From Candidatus Eiseniibacteriota bacterium (lineage in GTDB: Bacteria > Eisenbacteria > RBG-16-71-46 > JAFGJU01), in NCBI GenBank assembly GCA_026388185.1, contig JAPLKG010000008.1, positions 273,149-337,148 of the forward strand: a stretch of DNA of 64,000 nt, given 5' to 3'. The position numbers and the translations under genes were made by a program. Positions within the stretch are counted from its first letter, which is position 1. Every line of letters starts with the position of its first letter. Shown in pieces: positions 1 through 9,510 of this stretch. Under the pieces are notes generated by a model. It ran no database searches and was not told where the DNA came from. It saw only the letters and a program-made list of their open reading frames with translations.

Positions 1-444
1 AAAATTTACCTCGGACGCCGGGAGGACGCTAAGGCCTATTCCACAAAGGACGGTTTCGGAATCCTCGTGGCAGGCACGGCAGGCTTGGAAGTCTCCCTCG
101 TGACGGGCCGCAGTTCGGCGAGCGTCACGCGCAGAGCCGGCGAGCTTGGAATCAAGGCCTTTCAGAACGTGGAGGACAAGCTCGCGTGCGTGAGGACCAT
201 CTGCGAGAGAACCGGTCTTGGGCTCGACGAAGTCGGTTTCGCCGGAGACGATCTTAACGATCTCAAGGTCATGAAGGAAGTCGGAGTGGCTTTTGCAGTG
301 GCCAACGCCGCGGACGAGATCAAGGCAGTCGCTCATCTCACGATTTCAAAGAACGGTGGGGAAGGAGCGGCGAGAGAAGTGATCGAACGAATACTCAGGA
401 GCCAAGGAAAGTGGGACGAGGCCGTCAGAAAGTTCGTCGGCTAG
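1..444 (+). CDS. kdsC: 3-deoxy-D-manno-octulosonate 8-phosphate phosphatase KdsC (HAD superfamily), 5'-partial at window edge
   Basis: Frame open from nt 1 (KIYLGRREDAKAYSTKDGFGILVAG...); C-terminal part ...GFAGDDLNDLKVMKEVGVAFAVANAADEIKAVAHLTISKNGGEGAAREV fits HAD-IIIA KdsC; immediately followed by kdsD. Confidence 0.7.
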   Translation, partial: KIYLGRREDAKAYSTKDGFGILVAGTAGLEVSLVTGRSSASVTRRAGELGIKAFQNVEDKLACVRTICERTGLGLDEVGFAGDDLNDLKVMKEVGVAFAVANAADEIKAVAHLTISKNGGEGAAREVIERILRSQGKWDEAVRKFVG

Positions 445-455
445 ACAAGACGTCG

Positions 456-1430
456 ATGTCAGCGCTCGACGTGGCAAGGCAGGTCTTGAGAAAAGAAGGC
501 GAGGCCGTTCTTTCTCTTGCGGAGACGATCGGATCCGAGTTCGAACGTGCCGTTGAGACGGTAATTGCCGGCAAGGGCAGGGTGATCGTGACCGGTGTGG
601 GTAAGTCGGGCATAATTGCCAGCAAGATAGCCGCCACCCTGACCAGCACCGGCACGCCGGCCTTCTTCATACATCCCGGAGACGCCGCCCACGGAGACAT
701 CGGTGTCGTGGAGAAAGGCGATGTTGTGATCTTTGTGTCCAAGAGCGGTGAGACTGCGGAGCTGACGCAACTCCTCCCGGTGCTCAAGAGACTCGGCGTG
801 ACCCTCATCTCCATAACGGCCGCGAAGGATTCTCCGATCGCCCGGGCGAGCCACTGCGTGCTGGAAACTGGCGCCGTCTCCGAGGCCTGTCCGTTTGACG
901 TGGTTCCCACGACGAGCACGACCTGCGCGCTTGCGGTGGGAGATGCTCTTGCCGTAGCTCTGTTGAGGCTCAAGGGTTTTACCAGGGAAAACTTCGCCTT
1001 CTTTCATCCGGGCGGACTCCTTGGGCAGATGCTCAACCTCAAGGTTGAGGACGTCATGCACGCCGGGGACGAGCTTCCCAGGGTGGGAGAAGGCGTTTCC
1101 ATGAAGGACGCAATCCTGGAAATAATGAACAAGGGGTTGGGTGTTACCACGATCGTTGATGCGGGCGGAAAGCTGTCCGGTATCGTGACGGACGGCGACA
1201 TCAAGAGGATTCTCCTGAAATCACGCGACATTTTCACGCTGAAGGTGGGAAACGTGATGTCGAGCAAGCCGCGCACGATTGCCAGGGACGAGCTCGTTGC
1301 CACCGCGGTCAAGAGGATGGAAGAAAACCGGCCTTCTCCAATTACCTGCCTGATAGTCGTCTCGTCTTCCGGCGAGCCGGAAGGAGTCGTCCATCTTCAC
1401 GACTGCCTCAGGGCAAGAGTCACTCGCTGA
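456..1430 (+). CDS. kdsD: Arabinose-5-phosphate isomerase (SIS domain plus tandem CBS domains), KdsD/KpsF family
   Basis: ATG at 456 twelve nt after kdsC stop; SIS motif VTGVGKSGIIASKIAATLTSTGTPAFFIHP and C-terminal CBS pair; Kdo pathway context. Confidence 0.85.
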   Translation: MSALDVARQVLRKEGEAVLSLAETIGSEFERAVETVIAGKGRVIVTGVGKSGIIASKIAATLTSTGTPAFFIHPGDAAHGDIGVVEKGDVVIFVSKSGETAELTQLLPVLKRLGVTLISITAAKDSPIARASHCVLETGAVSEACPFDVVPTTSTTCALAVGDALAVALLRLKGFTRENFAFFHPGGLLGQMLNLKVEDVMHAGDELPRVGEGVSMKDAILEIMNKGLGVTTIVDAGGKLSGIVTDGDIKRILLKSRDIFTLKVGNVMSSKPRTIARDELVATAVKRMEENRPSPITCLIVVSSSGEPEGVVHLHDCLRARVTR

Positions 1431-1520
1431 CGTGATTCCGCCGACAGATATCTTGTTGATGTCTCGCCGATTAGCCTCGACCGCCTTGGCATGGTCTATG
1501 CTTGACGCCTCCCGCCTTTT

Positions 1521-2498
1521 TTGCTAACTTGCCTCAGGGGGAAGACGACTTTGGGTAAACAGCTCAGGTGGGCAACGGTGTATGTTCTTGCCAGAGGTTT
1601 GATGCTGCTGGGCCGCGTTCTTCCGCGCTCGGTGGCGTTGAGATTATTTGGTGGGCTCGGCGCGGCGGGTTTCCTTCTGCTGCGTAGAGACAGGACGAGA
1701 GCTGAGGTCAATCTGTCTCTCGCGTTCTCCGAGTATTCAAGGAAGGAGATTCGCAAGCTCGCTCGCCGTGTTTACGTGGAGCTTGGAAGAAATTGTGTGG
1801 ACGTCTTCGGGCTGTCTGCGTTGAAGTGGCACGAACTGGATGACTTCGTTAGTGTGCAGGGTGTGACTCACTTCGATGAAGCCGTGTCGCGCGGGAAAGG
1901 CGTAATAGCCGTAACGGGTCACATCGGTTGCTGGGAGCTCTTGGCGGCGTACTTTTCAATGATCGGATATCCGCTGGCCGTTATTGTTCGACCGCTCAGG
2001 GATCGGAAGCTCGAGAAGTTGATCGACGACTTGCGGAGGTCAAAGGGAATGAAACCCATCTCGAGAGTGAGCAACGTCAAGGCCGCGTACAGTTGGCTTA
2101 AACGCGGTGGAGTACTGGGGGTGCTCATCGACCAAGACACGTCGGTCAAGGGTACATTCTGTGATTTTTTTGGTCGTCCGGCGTTCACGCCTGTCGGGCC
2201 CGCCTATCTGGCTCTGCGTACGGGCGCAGCGATCGTGCCGATGGCCATTCAAATGGAAGAAGATGGCACTCACACGATACGAATAAGAGAGCCTATCGAC
2301 GTTCCTCGCGACCTGGACACGGAGACGTGCGTGCATTCGGTCATGCAGGCGTGCACGCAGGCCATAGAGGACTACATCAGACGCCGGCCGGCCCAGTGGG
2401 TCTGGATGCACGAAAGATGGAAGACCGCGTCCGCCCCGGCGAACGTGAAGGCCGAAAGCGAGGCTTCGCGAGGAAAAGGATGCGCCGTTCAAACCTGA
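1521..2498 (+). CDS. lpxL: Lipid A biosynthesis acyltransferase (LpxL/HtrB-type lysophospholipid acyltransferase family); true start probably internal (GTG 1578 or ATG 1602)
   Basis: N-terminal hydrophobic segment then acyltransferase core (VTGHIGCWELLAAY..., ...RPAQWVWMHERWK); family-level call only. Confidence 0.7.
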   Translation: MLTCLRGKTTLGKQLRWATVYVLARGLMLLGRVLPRSVALRLFGGLGAAGFLLLRRDRTRAEVNLSLAFSEYSRKEIRKLARRVYVELGRNCVDVFGLSALKWHELDDFVSVQGVTHFDEAVSRGKGVIAVTGHIGCWELLAAYFSMIGYPLAVIVRPLRDRKLEKLIDDLRRSKGMKPISRVSNVKAAYSWLKRGGVLGVLIDQDTSVKGTFCDFFGRPAFTPVGPAYLALRTGAAIVPMAIQMEEDGTHTIRIREPIDVPRDLDTETCVHSVMQACTQAIEDYIRRRPAQWVWMHERWKTASAPANVKAESEASRGKGCAVQT

Positions 2499-3055
2499 AG
2501 TATTTTCTCCTGATTGCCGTTTTCTGTTGCGCGATATGCGTGAGCGTGGCAGGCTGCGAAAAGCACTCGAGTTCGAGTCCCGAAAAGACTCCCGCAGAGA
2601 CACCGGATCAGGAAGTGGGGAATTTTTCCCTGACCGAGAGCCTGGAAGGCACCAAGAAGTGGACTCTTTGGGCAGAGTGGGCAGCCATTTACAACGAAAA
2701 GGCGAAAGTTCATGCGAGAAACGTCCGAATAGACTTCTTTGAGGAGGACGGCACCAAGTTTTCCGAGCTGAAGGCCGACTCCGGGATAATTGACCAGAAA
2801 ACCAACGACATGGAAGCTCGGGGGAACGTGTTCGTAAAAACTGAGGACGGTATCACTCTCGAGACCCAATCCTTGAGTTGGCTCAATCTTGCTCAGAAAA
2901 TACTGTCCGACGATTTCGTGAAGATAACTCAAGGGAGAGACGTACTTACCGGCTTCGGTCTAGTTAGTGATCCCAGCCTCAACGAGTTCGAGATAAAGAA
3001 GAACGTTCAGGCCTTCGTGATCGACAAAGAGGGTAAGCTCGTCCCGAAGGGATAG
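2480..3055 (+). CDS. lptC: LptC-like LPS export periplasmic protein (membrane-anchored, possible lipobox VAGC)
   Basis: ATG 2480 preceded by AGGAAAAGGA; N-terminal hydrophobic anchor then OstA-like beta-rich sequence; directly upstream of lptB. Confidence 0.55.
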   Translation: MRRSNLKYFLLIAVFCCAICVSVAGCEKHSSSSPEKTPAETPDQEVGNFSLTESLEGTKKWTLWAEWAAIYNEKAKVHARNVRIDFFEEDGTKFSELKADSGIIDQKTNDMEARGNVFVKTEDGITLETQSLSWLNLAQKILSDDFVKITQGRDVLTGFGLVSDPSLNEFEIKKNVQAFVIDKEGKLVPKG

Positions 3056-3068
3056 CCAGGAGGCGGCA

Positions 3069-3803
3069 GTGGGGGAAGCGATGAAAGTTCTCAAAGCCGA
3101 GGGGCTTGTAAAGAATTTCGGGAGGTGGACCGTGGTGAACGACGTGAGCCTTGAGGTCGGGCAGGGCGAAGTCGTGGGGCTTCTCGGGCCAAACGGAGCG
3201 GGCAAAACGACCACGTTCCACATGATCGTGGGTCTCCTCAGACCCGACGCGGGCAGAGTCATGCTCGCTTCTGCAAATGTGACTCGCGTCCCCGTTTTTC
3301 GCAGAGCCCGCATGGGACTTGGCTATCTTTCCCAGGAACCCTCCATTTTTAGAAAGCTGACCGTGAGGGAGAACATCCTCTCCATCTTGGAGACCCTGGA
3401 CCTCACCCACAAGGAGCGAGAGACCAGGGTCGCGAGTCTCCTGGAAGAACTCGGAATCTCTCACCTTGGTGATCGGAGTGCCTACAAGCTCTCCGGAGGG
3501 GAGAGAAGGCGAGTGGAGATCACGAGGGCGCTCGTGAGTAATCCAAGTTTCATGCTGCTGGACGAACCCTTTGTCGGCATAGACCCCATCGCCGTCGGCG
3601 AGATTCAAGACATCGTTCTCAGACTGAAGCAGAAAGGAATAGGGGTCCTCATCACGGATCACAGTGTCAGGGAAACTCTTTCGGCCACGGACAGGGCGTA
3701 CGTCATGTTCGAGGGGAGAATACTGCTCTCCGGCACCGGAGAACAGTTGGCCGGCGACCCTCTTGCCAGGAAGATATATCTGGGCGATAAATTCAGGCTC
3801 TAG
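3069..3803 (+). CDS. lptB: LPS export ABC transporter ATP-binding protein LptB
   Basis: Walker A GPNGAGKTT, ABC signature LSGGERRRVEITRAL, Walker B MLLDEP; conserved lptB-rpoN order. Confidence 0.9.
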   Translation: MGEAMKVLKAEGLVKNFGRWTVVNDVSLEVGQGEVVGLLGPNGAGKTTTFHMIVGLLRPDAGRVMLASANVTRVPVFRRARMGLGYLSQEPSIFRKLTVRENILSILETLDLTHKERETRVASLLEELGISHLGDRSAYKLSGGERRRVEITRALVSNPSFMLLDEPFVGIDPIAVGEIQDIVLRLKQKGIGVLITDHSVRETLSATDRAYVMFEGRILLSGTGEQLAGDPLARKIYLGDKFRL

Positions 3804-3823
3804 CGCAGGGATTGGAACGTGAC

Positions 3824-5233
3824 ATGGAACTAAAGCACAGTCTTCAACTGACACAGAAGCCCACGTTGATAATGACACAGAGGCTTCAACAGGCACTGAA
3901 GCTACTGCAAGTGCCCACGCTCGAGCTTCAACAGATCTTGAAGCAAGAGCTTCTTCAGAACCCTCTCCTGGAAGAAGTGGACGAAGAGGAAGAAGTTCAA
4001 GAAACGTCCAGCTCCGAAGAGGAGACGAGCACGGCGGACGAGCCCGAACCCGTGGAGAAAGAGGATCCGCTTGAGTGGGCCGAGTACTATCAGGAAGGCT
4101 ACGATGCATCTCCGGGCAGACCCGACAACTCCGCCGATCTGCCCGAACGGGTCCCGATCACAGTTCCCACACTGCGCGAGCACCTGCAGAGTCAGTTGAG
4201 AATCTCCACCGACGATCCCGAGCTTACTGAGATTGGGGAGTTTCTCATAGGTTCCATCGACGACAGGGGATTCCTCACGATTACCGCCGAAGAAGTGGCG
4301 ACGTTGATTGGAAAACCCGTGGAGAGGGTTGAGGAGGCCATCAAGTTGGTCCAGTCGTTAGAACCTCCGGGCATCGGCGCACGGGATCTGAGGGAATGCC
4401 TCCTCATCCAGTTGAGTCGTGAGGACGCGGCCGAGAGTCTGGCCGCCAGAATAGTCAGAGATCATTTCGATTCCCTCAAGGATAGAAAATTCGCCGAGAT
4501 CGCAAAGAAGATGCGTGTTCCGATCGTACAGATCCAGGCAGCGGGCGACATAATCTCGAGACTCAATCCGAAGCCGGGTTTCTTGATATCGCAGGAGGAA
4601 CCGAGGTACGTGGTTCCGGACCTGGTTGTGGATAAGGTCGAGGACAAGTACGTCGTGTTTCTCAACGACCGCCACGTTCCGAGGCTTCGCATCAACCCTT
4701 CGTATCGAGACATGTTGCGGGGAGAAAAGGCTCGGAAGGACAAGACAAGAGAGTACATCATAGGCAAGCTCAACTCAGCGAAATGGCTTATTCAGACGAT
4801 AGAACAGAGACGAAAGACCATGGTCAAGGTGATGAAATGTATCGTGGACAGTCAGGAGGAATTTCTCGACAAAGGGATCGCCTTCTTGAGGCCTCTGACT
4901 CTGCAACAGGTGGCCAATCAGATTGGAATGCACGAATCAACCGTCAGCAGAGTCACAAACAACAAGTATGTGCAAACCCCGAGAGGGGTGTTCGAGCTCA
5001 AGTTTTTCTTCTCGAGCAAGTTGCAGACCGATGCCGGCGAAGATATGAGCGCGAAGAGCGCGAAGGACATAATCTCCGTGCTGGTGGAGGAAGAAGACAG
5101 GTCGGATCCTCTGAGCGACCAGAAGATTGCCGACATCTTGAGAGATAGAGGTCTCAGGATCGCAAGGCGCACCGTGGCAAAGTACAGAGAGCAGCTGAGA
5201 TTACTACCGGCTCGCTACAGAAAACGACACTAG
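3824..5233 (+). CDS. rpoN: RNA polymerase sigma-54 factor RpoN
   Basis: N-terminal Gln/Leu-rich region (LQLTQKPTLIMTQRLQQALKLLQ), acidic linker, C-terminal RpoN box ARRTVAKYRE. Confidence 0.9.
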   Translation: MELKHSLQLTQKPTLIMTQRLQQALKLLQVPTLELQQILKQELLQNPLLEEVDEEEEVQETSSSEEETSTADEPEPVEKEDPLEWAEYYQEGYDASPGRPDNSADLPERVPITVPTLREHLQSQLRISTDDPELTEIGEFLIGSIDDRGFLTITAEEVATLIGKPVERVEEAIKLVQSLEPPGIGARDLRECLLIQLSREDAAESLAARIVRDHFDSLKDRKFAEIAKKMRVPIVQIQAAGDIISRLNPKPGFLISQEEPRYVVPDLVVDKVEDKYVVFLNDRHVPRLRINPSYRDMLRGEKARKDKTREYIIGKLNSAKWLIQTIEQRRKTMVKVMKCIVDSQEEFLDKGIAFLRPLTLQQVANQIGMHESTVSRVTNNKYVQTPRGVFELKFFFSSKLQTDAGEDMSAKSAKDIISVLVEEEDRSDPLSDQKIADILRDRGLRIARRTVAKYREQLRLLPARYRKRH

Positions 5234-5271
5234 CCGTTCTTGTGTCCACGTTCCCGCAGGGGTAAACGTTG

Positions 5272-6153
5272 ATGGCAGTTGCCAGGCTTCCCCTCTGGGC
5301 CAGAAAGCCGTTCGCCGAAAACAATGCGACGCGTGAAGTCGACCGTCTGTTGGAGACGCTCGGGCTGAACACAGTCTGCAGGAGCGCGCGATGTCCCAAC
5401 AGGTGGGAATGCTATTCTTTGCCTTCCCTCACTTTCATAATCCTTGGCACAGTCTGTACGAGAAAATGTGGGTTCTGCGGCGTCTCGAAAGGAGAGCCTG
5501 GAAGCGTCGATGCCCGAGAGCCGTTCCGCCTCGCGCAGGCCGCGAGGAAGCTCCGGCTCGATTTCGTGGTGCTCACTTCCGTAACGAGGGACGACCTGTC
5601 GGACGGCGGGGCGTCTCATTTTGCCAGGTGCGTGGAGGAACTGCGAGGGATAGAGACCGGGCCGGGAGTCGAAGTTCTGGTCCCTGATTTCGGAGGGGAA
5701 AGCCGATTCTGTTTGCTTGTGCTGGAGGCACGTCCTGATGTATTCTCTCACAACGTGGAAACCATACCCAGGCTTTACCCGACGGTGAGGCCCGGCGCCG
5801 ATTATTCTGTTTCGCTCAAGCTTATCGAAACTGCCGCGCTTCGTGCCTCAGGCAGCGTCGTCGTCAAATCGGGGTTCATGGTCGGTCTTGGTGAGAAAGA
5901 GGAGGAGGTGATGGATGTTCTGAGAGATCTTAGGAATGCGGGCTGCCGGTCTGTCACAATAGGGCAATACCTCAGGCCCACGTTGCGCAGCCTGCCCGTC
6001 AGAGAGTACGTTTCCCCTGAACGTTTCCGCCACTATGAGGAGACGGGAAAGCGGTTGGGATTCGACGCCGTGTATGCTGGCCCCCTGGTCAGAAGTTCAT
6101 ACAAGGCTTTTGAGATTTGGAGGAATGTCAATGGAGATCACGACTCGAAGTAA
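5272..6153 (+). CDS. lipA: Lipoyl synthase LipA (radical SAM)
   Basis: Auxiliary cluster motif CRSARCPNRWEC and radical-SAM CTRKCGFC motif. Confidence 0.85.
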   Translation: MAVARLPLWARKPFAENNATREVDRLLETLGLNTVCRSARCPNRWECYSLPSLTFIILGTVCTRKCGFCGVSKGEPGSVDAREPFRLAQAARKLRLDFVVLTSVTRDDLSDGGASHFARCVEELRGIETGPGVEVLVPDFGGESRFCLLVLEARPDVFSHNVETIPRLYPTVRPGADYSVSLKLIETAALRASGSVVVKSGFMVGLGEKEEEVMDVLRDLRNAGCRSVTIGQYLRPTLRSLPVREYVSPERFRHYEETGKRLGFDAVYAGPLVRSSYKAFEIWRNVNGDHDSK

Positions 6154-6649
6154 GAATTTCACTGCAAGCCCCGCAATCAGGAGTTATACCGAGGAGAAAC
6201 TCTCCAAGCTGGAGAAGTACTCGAAAAAACTCGTTGAGGCCCACGTGATGTTCTCTCTCGAAAGATACAGGCACATTGCTGAAGTCGTGCTTAGGCTTAA
6301 CGGTGGTGATATCACGAGTCGCGCCGAAAGCAACGACATGTATTCTTCCATTGATACGGTTGTTGATAAGCTCGAAAGGATGTTGAATAAGAGGAAAGAC
6401 AAGGTCACGAGCAGGCGCCAGAGGGGCTCTTTGAAGGAGTCTGGGGCCAAGCTCGAGACGTTAGGGAAACTCGCGACCCTCAGGCCGAAAAAGGTCGTGC
6501 CTCGACAAATGACCGTGGAAGAGGCCATGGACGCTCTGGAAAGAAGTCGCGAGGACATTCTGATATTCGTGAATGCTGCGACGGAGAGAACCACGGTGCT
6601 TCAAAAGAGAGGCGACGGAAACTTCGCTCTGATGGAGCCGGTGAGCTAA
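6131..6649 (+). CDS. hpf: Ribosome hibernation promoting factor HPF (long form with C-terminal dimerisation domain)
   Basis: MEITTRSKNFTASPAIRSYTEEKLSKLEKY... typical HPF/YfiA N-terminus; GGAGGA 8 nt upstream of ATG 6131; overlaps lipA 3' end by 23 nt. Confidence 0.8.
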   Translation: MEITTRSKNFTASPAIRSYTEEKLSKLEKYSKKLVEAHVMFSLERYRHIAEVVLRLNGGDITSRAESNDMYSSIDTVVDKLERMLNKRKDKVTSRRQRGSLKESGAKLETLGKLATLRPKKVVPRQMTVEEAMDALERSREDILIFVNAATERTTVLQKRGDGNFALMEPVS

Positions 6650-6650
6650 G

Positions 6651-7619
6651 ATGCACGGAATCACAATTAGCAGATTCTATGATGATAAACGTGAGGATCT
6701 TCATCTGGAACTCCTCACCAAATCCCTCGAGTCCAAGACAGAGATCACGGCGAGTGACGTGAATAGACCGGGCCTCGCTTTTGCAGGGTTCGTCGGGAAT
6801 TTCCTCCACGAAAGGGTTCAAGTCCTCGGGCAGACGGAATCACTCTATCTGGGCACGCTTCCGGCCGACAAGAGGAGGGAGGCAATCGGGAGGCTGTTCA
6901 ATTTCGCTCTCCCTTGCATCATCGTGGCGAAGGGGCTGGACGTGCCGCCCGAATTCATCGAACTCGGAAATGCTCATTCCGTGCCCATTCTCAGGACCTC
7001 CCTCACTACCACTCCTTTCATACGTGAGCTGACGGCCTATCTTGACGACGTGTTTGCTCCGCGCACGGTGGTGCACGGCTCTCTTGTGGACGTCTATGGC
7101 ATAGGGCTTTTGTTCACCGGACGGAGCTCCATCGGTAAGAGCGAGTGCGCGCTTGACCTTGTGGAGAGAGGTCACAGGCTCGTGGCCGACGACGTCGTGA
7201 ACGTCATGAAGCGGCACGGCAATTTCCTCATAGGTATTTCCTCGGAAATCTTGCGGCATCGCATCGAGATCCGAGGACTCGGAATAATCGACGTGAGAAG
7301 CATATTCGGGATCCGATCCGTCAGACTCCAGAAGAGAATCGAAGTGGAAGTCAGGCTCCAGGATTGGAGTGACGCAGATGACTACGAGAGAATAGGGCTC
7401 GAAGATAGGATGACAAACGTACTCGACGTCGAGATTCCGATTGTCACGGTACCGGTCGTGCCCGGCAAGAACATCACTGTCATCGCAGAGGTGATAGCCC
7501 TCAATCACATTGTGAAGATCTACGGATATCATCCTGCCAAAGACTTTGATGAGAAGCTCATGCAGGCCATGCATCGCAAGAGCTTGCAAGACAGGCTCGT
7601 CAGCGGTGATTGGGAATGA
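6651..7619 (+). CDS. hprK: HPr kinase/phosphorylase HprK
   Basis: P-loop GRSSIGKSE and HprK signature HRIEIRGLGIIDV. Confidence 0.9.
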   Translation: MHGITISRFYDDKREDLHLELLTKSLESKTEITASDVNRPGLAFAGFVGNFLHERVQVLGQTESLYLGTLPADKRREAIGRLFNFALPCIIVAKGLDVPPEFIELGNAHSVPILRTSLTTTPFIRELTAYLDDVFAPRTVVHGSLVDVYGIGLLFTGRSSIGKSECALDLVERGHRLVADDVVNVMKRHGNFLIGISSEILRHRIEIRGLGIIDVRSIFGIRSVRLQKRIEVEVRLQDWSDADDYERIGLEDRMTNVLDVEIPIVTVPVVPGKNITVIAEVIALNHIVKIYGYHPAKDFDEKLMQAMHRKSLQDRLVSGDWE

Positions 7620-8527
7620 CGGAGGCAAGTTCTATCAAGACCCAGGACGAAGGCGCATGCGAGACGAAGGCGCCGCGATTTGTGGTGATCACGGGCGTGT
7701 CGGGGGCCGGAAAGAGCTACGCGATCAAATGCCTCGAGGACATCGGATTCTTCTGCGTGGACAACATGCCCGCCACGCTGATTCCCGTTCTTGCCGATCT
7801 CTGCCTTCAGTACGGTGACAAGATTTCTAACATCGCCCTGGTCGTTGACATACGAGAGAGGGATTTTCTTGACAACATTGCCGGCAGCCTTTCCGAACTG
7901 CGCGGCAAAGGAGTCGAGTACGATCTCCTTTTTCTTGACGCGACGGACGAGGCACTTCTGAGGAGGTTCAGGGAGACTCGGAGGAAGCATCCGCTCGGCG
8001 AAGGAGTGGGTGTGCTCGAGGGCCTCCACGAGGAGAGAAGAAGGGTGGCCTTCCTGAGGGACTCTGCAAGAAGGGTGATCGATACTTCTGCAATGACCCC
8101 GGGAGAGTTGAGGGACGTCCTGTTCGCCGCCTTCGCCACGTCGGACACGAAGCCGGAGCTACTCACGACGATAGTCTCCTTCGGGTACAAGTTCGGCTTG
8201 CCTCTTGATTCGGACGTGGTTCTTGACGCTCGCTTCCTGCCCAATCCCCACTACGTACATGAGCTGCGGGCTTACACGGGCAATGACAAGAAGGTCGTCG
8301 CTTTTCTCGAAGCGTGTGACGTGACCCTCGAGTTCCTGGAGCGCCTCGAGAGCTTTCTCGGATTTCTCCTGCCGCGGTTCGAGAAAGAGGGCAAATCCTA
8401 TCTCACGATCGCCGTTGGGTGCACCGGAGGAAGGCATCGCTCCGTCTACGTCGCGAACAAGATCGCGGATGTGCTCGAGAGACAGGGAGTCGACGTGCGG
8501 GTGCAGCACAGGGACGTGAACAGATGA
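7610..8527 (+). CDS. rapZ: RNase adapter / nucleotide-binding protein RapZ (YvcJ/YhbJ family)
   Basis: Walker A ITGVSGAGKS, C-terminal GCTGGRHRSV motif; conserved neighbour of hprK and PTS genes. Confidence 0.85.
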   Translation: MGMTEASSIKTQDEGACETKAPRFVVITGVSGAGKSYAIKCLEDIGFFCVDNMPATLIPVLADLCLQYGDKISNIALVVDIRERDFLDNIAGSLSELRGKGVEYDLLFLDATDEALLRRFRETRRKHPLGEGVGVLEGLHEERRRVAFLRDSARRVIDTSAMTPGELRDVLFAAFATSDTKPELLTTIVSFGYKFGLPLDSDVVLDARFLPNPHYVHELRAYTGNDKKVVAFLEACDVTLEFLERLESFLGFLLPRFEKEGKSYLTIAVGCTGGRHRSVYVANKIADVLERQGVDVRVQHRDVNR

Positions 8528-8627
8528 TCTGAACGGACGGCCTGGGGTTGCACCTGGCCTGGAAACCGATCACTCGGCTGCCCCATGTTTTTCGCGACAA
8601 CGGGGTGAGGGAGACGCAGCCTAGGAA

Positions 8628-9005
8628 ATGACAAGGGCATTATTGGTCACTCACGGAAACCTCGGAAGTGAACTGGTCAACACCGCGCAGCTCATAGTGG
8701 GCCCGCAGACCGGCGTGAAAGTCCTTTCGAATGAAGAACTCTCCTCCGAGAGCCTGTGCGAGGCCGTGCAGGGTGAGGTGCGCACGTACGGCCAGGACGA
8801 TACGGTGATTTTCGTGGACGTGGCTGGAGGCAGTTGCCTCACGGCCTGCAAGTCGGCGCAGAGCGAGTGCAAGAGAATCAAGGTAGTTTCGGGTGTAAAC
8901 CTGCCGATGGTGCTGGAATTCTTTCATTACAGGAGCAAACTCCCGTTTGACGAGCTTGTGGAGAGGATTCTCGCAAAGGGCAGGGGCGGCATCCAGGCCT
9001 TATAG
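8628..9005 (+). CDS. PTS mannose/fructose/sorbose-family EIIA component
   Basis: N-terminal LLVTHGNLG with phosphorylatable His; about 125 aa EIIA-Man fold size. Confidence 0.7.
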   Translation: MTRALLVTHGNLGSELVNTAQLIVGPQTGVKVLSNEELSSESLCEAVQGEVRTYGQDDTVIFVDVAGGSCLTACKSAQSECKRIKVVSGVNLPMVLEFFHYRSKLPFDELVERILAKGRGGIQAL

Positions 9006-9012
9006 GCGTTTT

Positions 9013-9510
9013 GTGAAGCTTGTTTTGATGAGGATAGACGACAGGCTGCTTCACGCCCAGGTGGCGGTGGGCTGGGTCGGCGCGCTCTCGCCGGACGTCG
9101 TCATCGTGGCCGACGATGACGCGGCTTCGACGCCGGGCCAGGCAAAGCTTCTGGGCATGGGCCTGCCTGACAATGTTGAGCTTGTGGTAGCGAAGGTGGG
9201 CGAAGCGGCAGGCATATTGAAGGAAAGAGCCCTCGACACGAAGAAATGCATCTTGCTTGTGCGGGATCCTCTTGGCGCACTTCAAATTCTTGAGGCCGGG
9301 CTCTCCGTGGAATGGATCAACGTCGGCGGAATGCACTTCGGTGAAGGAAAAACGAAACTCCTTCCGTACGTCTTTGTGGACGGGCGGGATTCTGAAATTC
9401 TGCAGGAGCTTGCCGCCGGAGACGTGAGGCTCGTGGCCCAGGATGTGCCTGGGAATCCGTCCTACGACGTTGTCAAACTACTCAGGAAGGGCAAACTTGA
9501 AGAAGACTAG
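9013..9510 (+). CDS. PTS mannose-family EIIB component
   Basis: GTG 9013 gives VKLVLMRIDDRLLHAQV, matching the EIIB-Man N-terminal phospho-His motif (RIDDRLIHGQV-like). Confidence 0.7.
   Translation: MKLVLMRIDDRLLHAQVAVGWVGALSPDVVIVADDDAASTPGQAKLLGMGLPDNVELVVAKVGEAAGILKERALDTKKCILLVRDPLGALQILEAGLSVEWINVGGMHFGEGKTKLLPYVFVDGRDSEILQELAAGDVRLVAQDVPGNPSYDVVKLLRKGKLEED

Noticed and set aside
2979-4109. 376-aa minus-strand ORF antisense to lptB and rpoN
   Set aside because: Fully overlaps two motif-supported + strand genes; Arg/Pro/Ser-rich low-complexity translation typical of antisense frames in high-GC DNA.
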